A DNA stretch of 64,000 nucleotides from the NCBI GenBank assembly GCA_046563655.1, contig CM102290.1, positions 248,001-312,000 on the forward strand, in the 5' to 3' direction. The stretch is from Yuukianura sp. NJ FZ-2021 (Eukaryota). The position numbers and the translations under genes are program-made. How positions within the stretch are numbered: the stretch's first letter is position 1; every line of letters starts with the position of its first letter. Under the pieces are notes generated by a model. That model did no database searches. It saw nothing but the letters and a program-made list of their open reading frames with translations, and was not told the DNA's origin. Positions 63,801 to 64,000 of this stretch are shown piece after piece.

Positions 63801-64000
63801 ATTGGTCTGCTACATCTTGTTGTTAAAACTTGTGATTAAAAAAAACTTATGTTTGTAGCTGATGGCTGCTCAAATCATTGCTATTCGAACTGCCCAAGTG
63901 ATGCTCAACCATCAAGATCCTGGTGAAGAATATCTGGAGATGCAAGCACTTGATCCCTTCAGTTTGCTTGTGGTGGCTACCTTCTCGTTTCCATATTTGT
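57887..64000 (+). CDS. UBR1: E3 ubiquitin ligase UBR1/UBR2 family (N-recognin), 3'-partial
   Basis: Exons 57887-58273, 58364-58512, 58588-59017, 59114-59305, 59392-59535, 59599-59788, 59972-60153, 60239-60393, 60479-60755, then further short-intron exons to the window edge. UBR box [30 protein letters not shown]...GGGCCDCGD, ClpS-like [32 protein letters not shown], and split RING CILC...SCGHVMH..C...CPMC. UBR1 versus UBR2 is not resolvable (invertebrates usually have one co-orthologue). Probable 5' UTR exons end near 57336 and 57774. Confidence 0.92.
59818..59920. other. Long inverted repeat/hairpin inside a UBR intron
   Basis: GGATTTCAAAAGTCTAGGGAAGAGAAACCC pairs with GGGTTTCTATTCCCAAAACTTTTGAAATCC (27/30), with a smaller inner stem TGTGTACTTTT/AAGAGGGCACA. 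Confidence 0.75.

Overview
Eukaryotic genomic DNA, AT-rich and probably from an arthropod with a compact genome (inferred from the Ten-a paralogue and short GT-AG introns). The window has two very different halves. (1) Positions 1 to ~45,000 hold the 3' part of a large teneurin-a gene on the + strand. I reconstructed 18 phase-consistent coding exons (15313-43808), including an optional 27-nt microexon. Its long introns are rich in homopolymer tracts, minisatellites and recurring motifs, and contain a hAT-type MITE, a probable TTAA MITE and a tRNA-derived fragment. (2) Positions ~45,000-64,000 form a compact gene cluster: an uncharacterised ~580-aa tail-anchored coiled-coil gene, WDR24 (minus strand) with BRK1 nested antisense in one intron, a UPF0547/C16orf87-like gene head-to-head with WDR24, and the 5' part of a UBR1/UBR2-type E3 ligase. 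The most interesting candidate is the coiled-coil gene (47333-49779). Its spliced product carries a Spindly-like motif, three TQT (LC8-type) motifs, a C-terminal transmembrane helix and a KASH5/LRMP-like tail, suggesting a possible nuclear-envelope dynein adaptor; a 28-codon hydrophobic smORF lies upstream. All gene models were spliced by hand and all family assignments come from recalled motifs; no searches were run.
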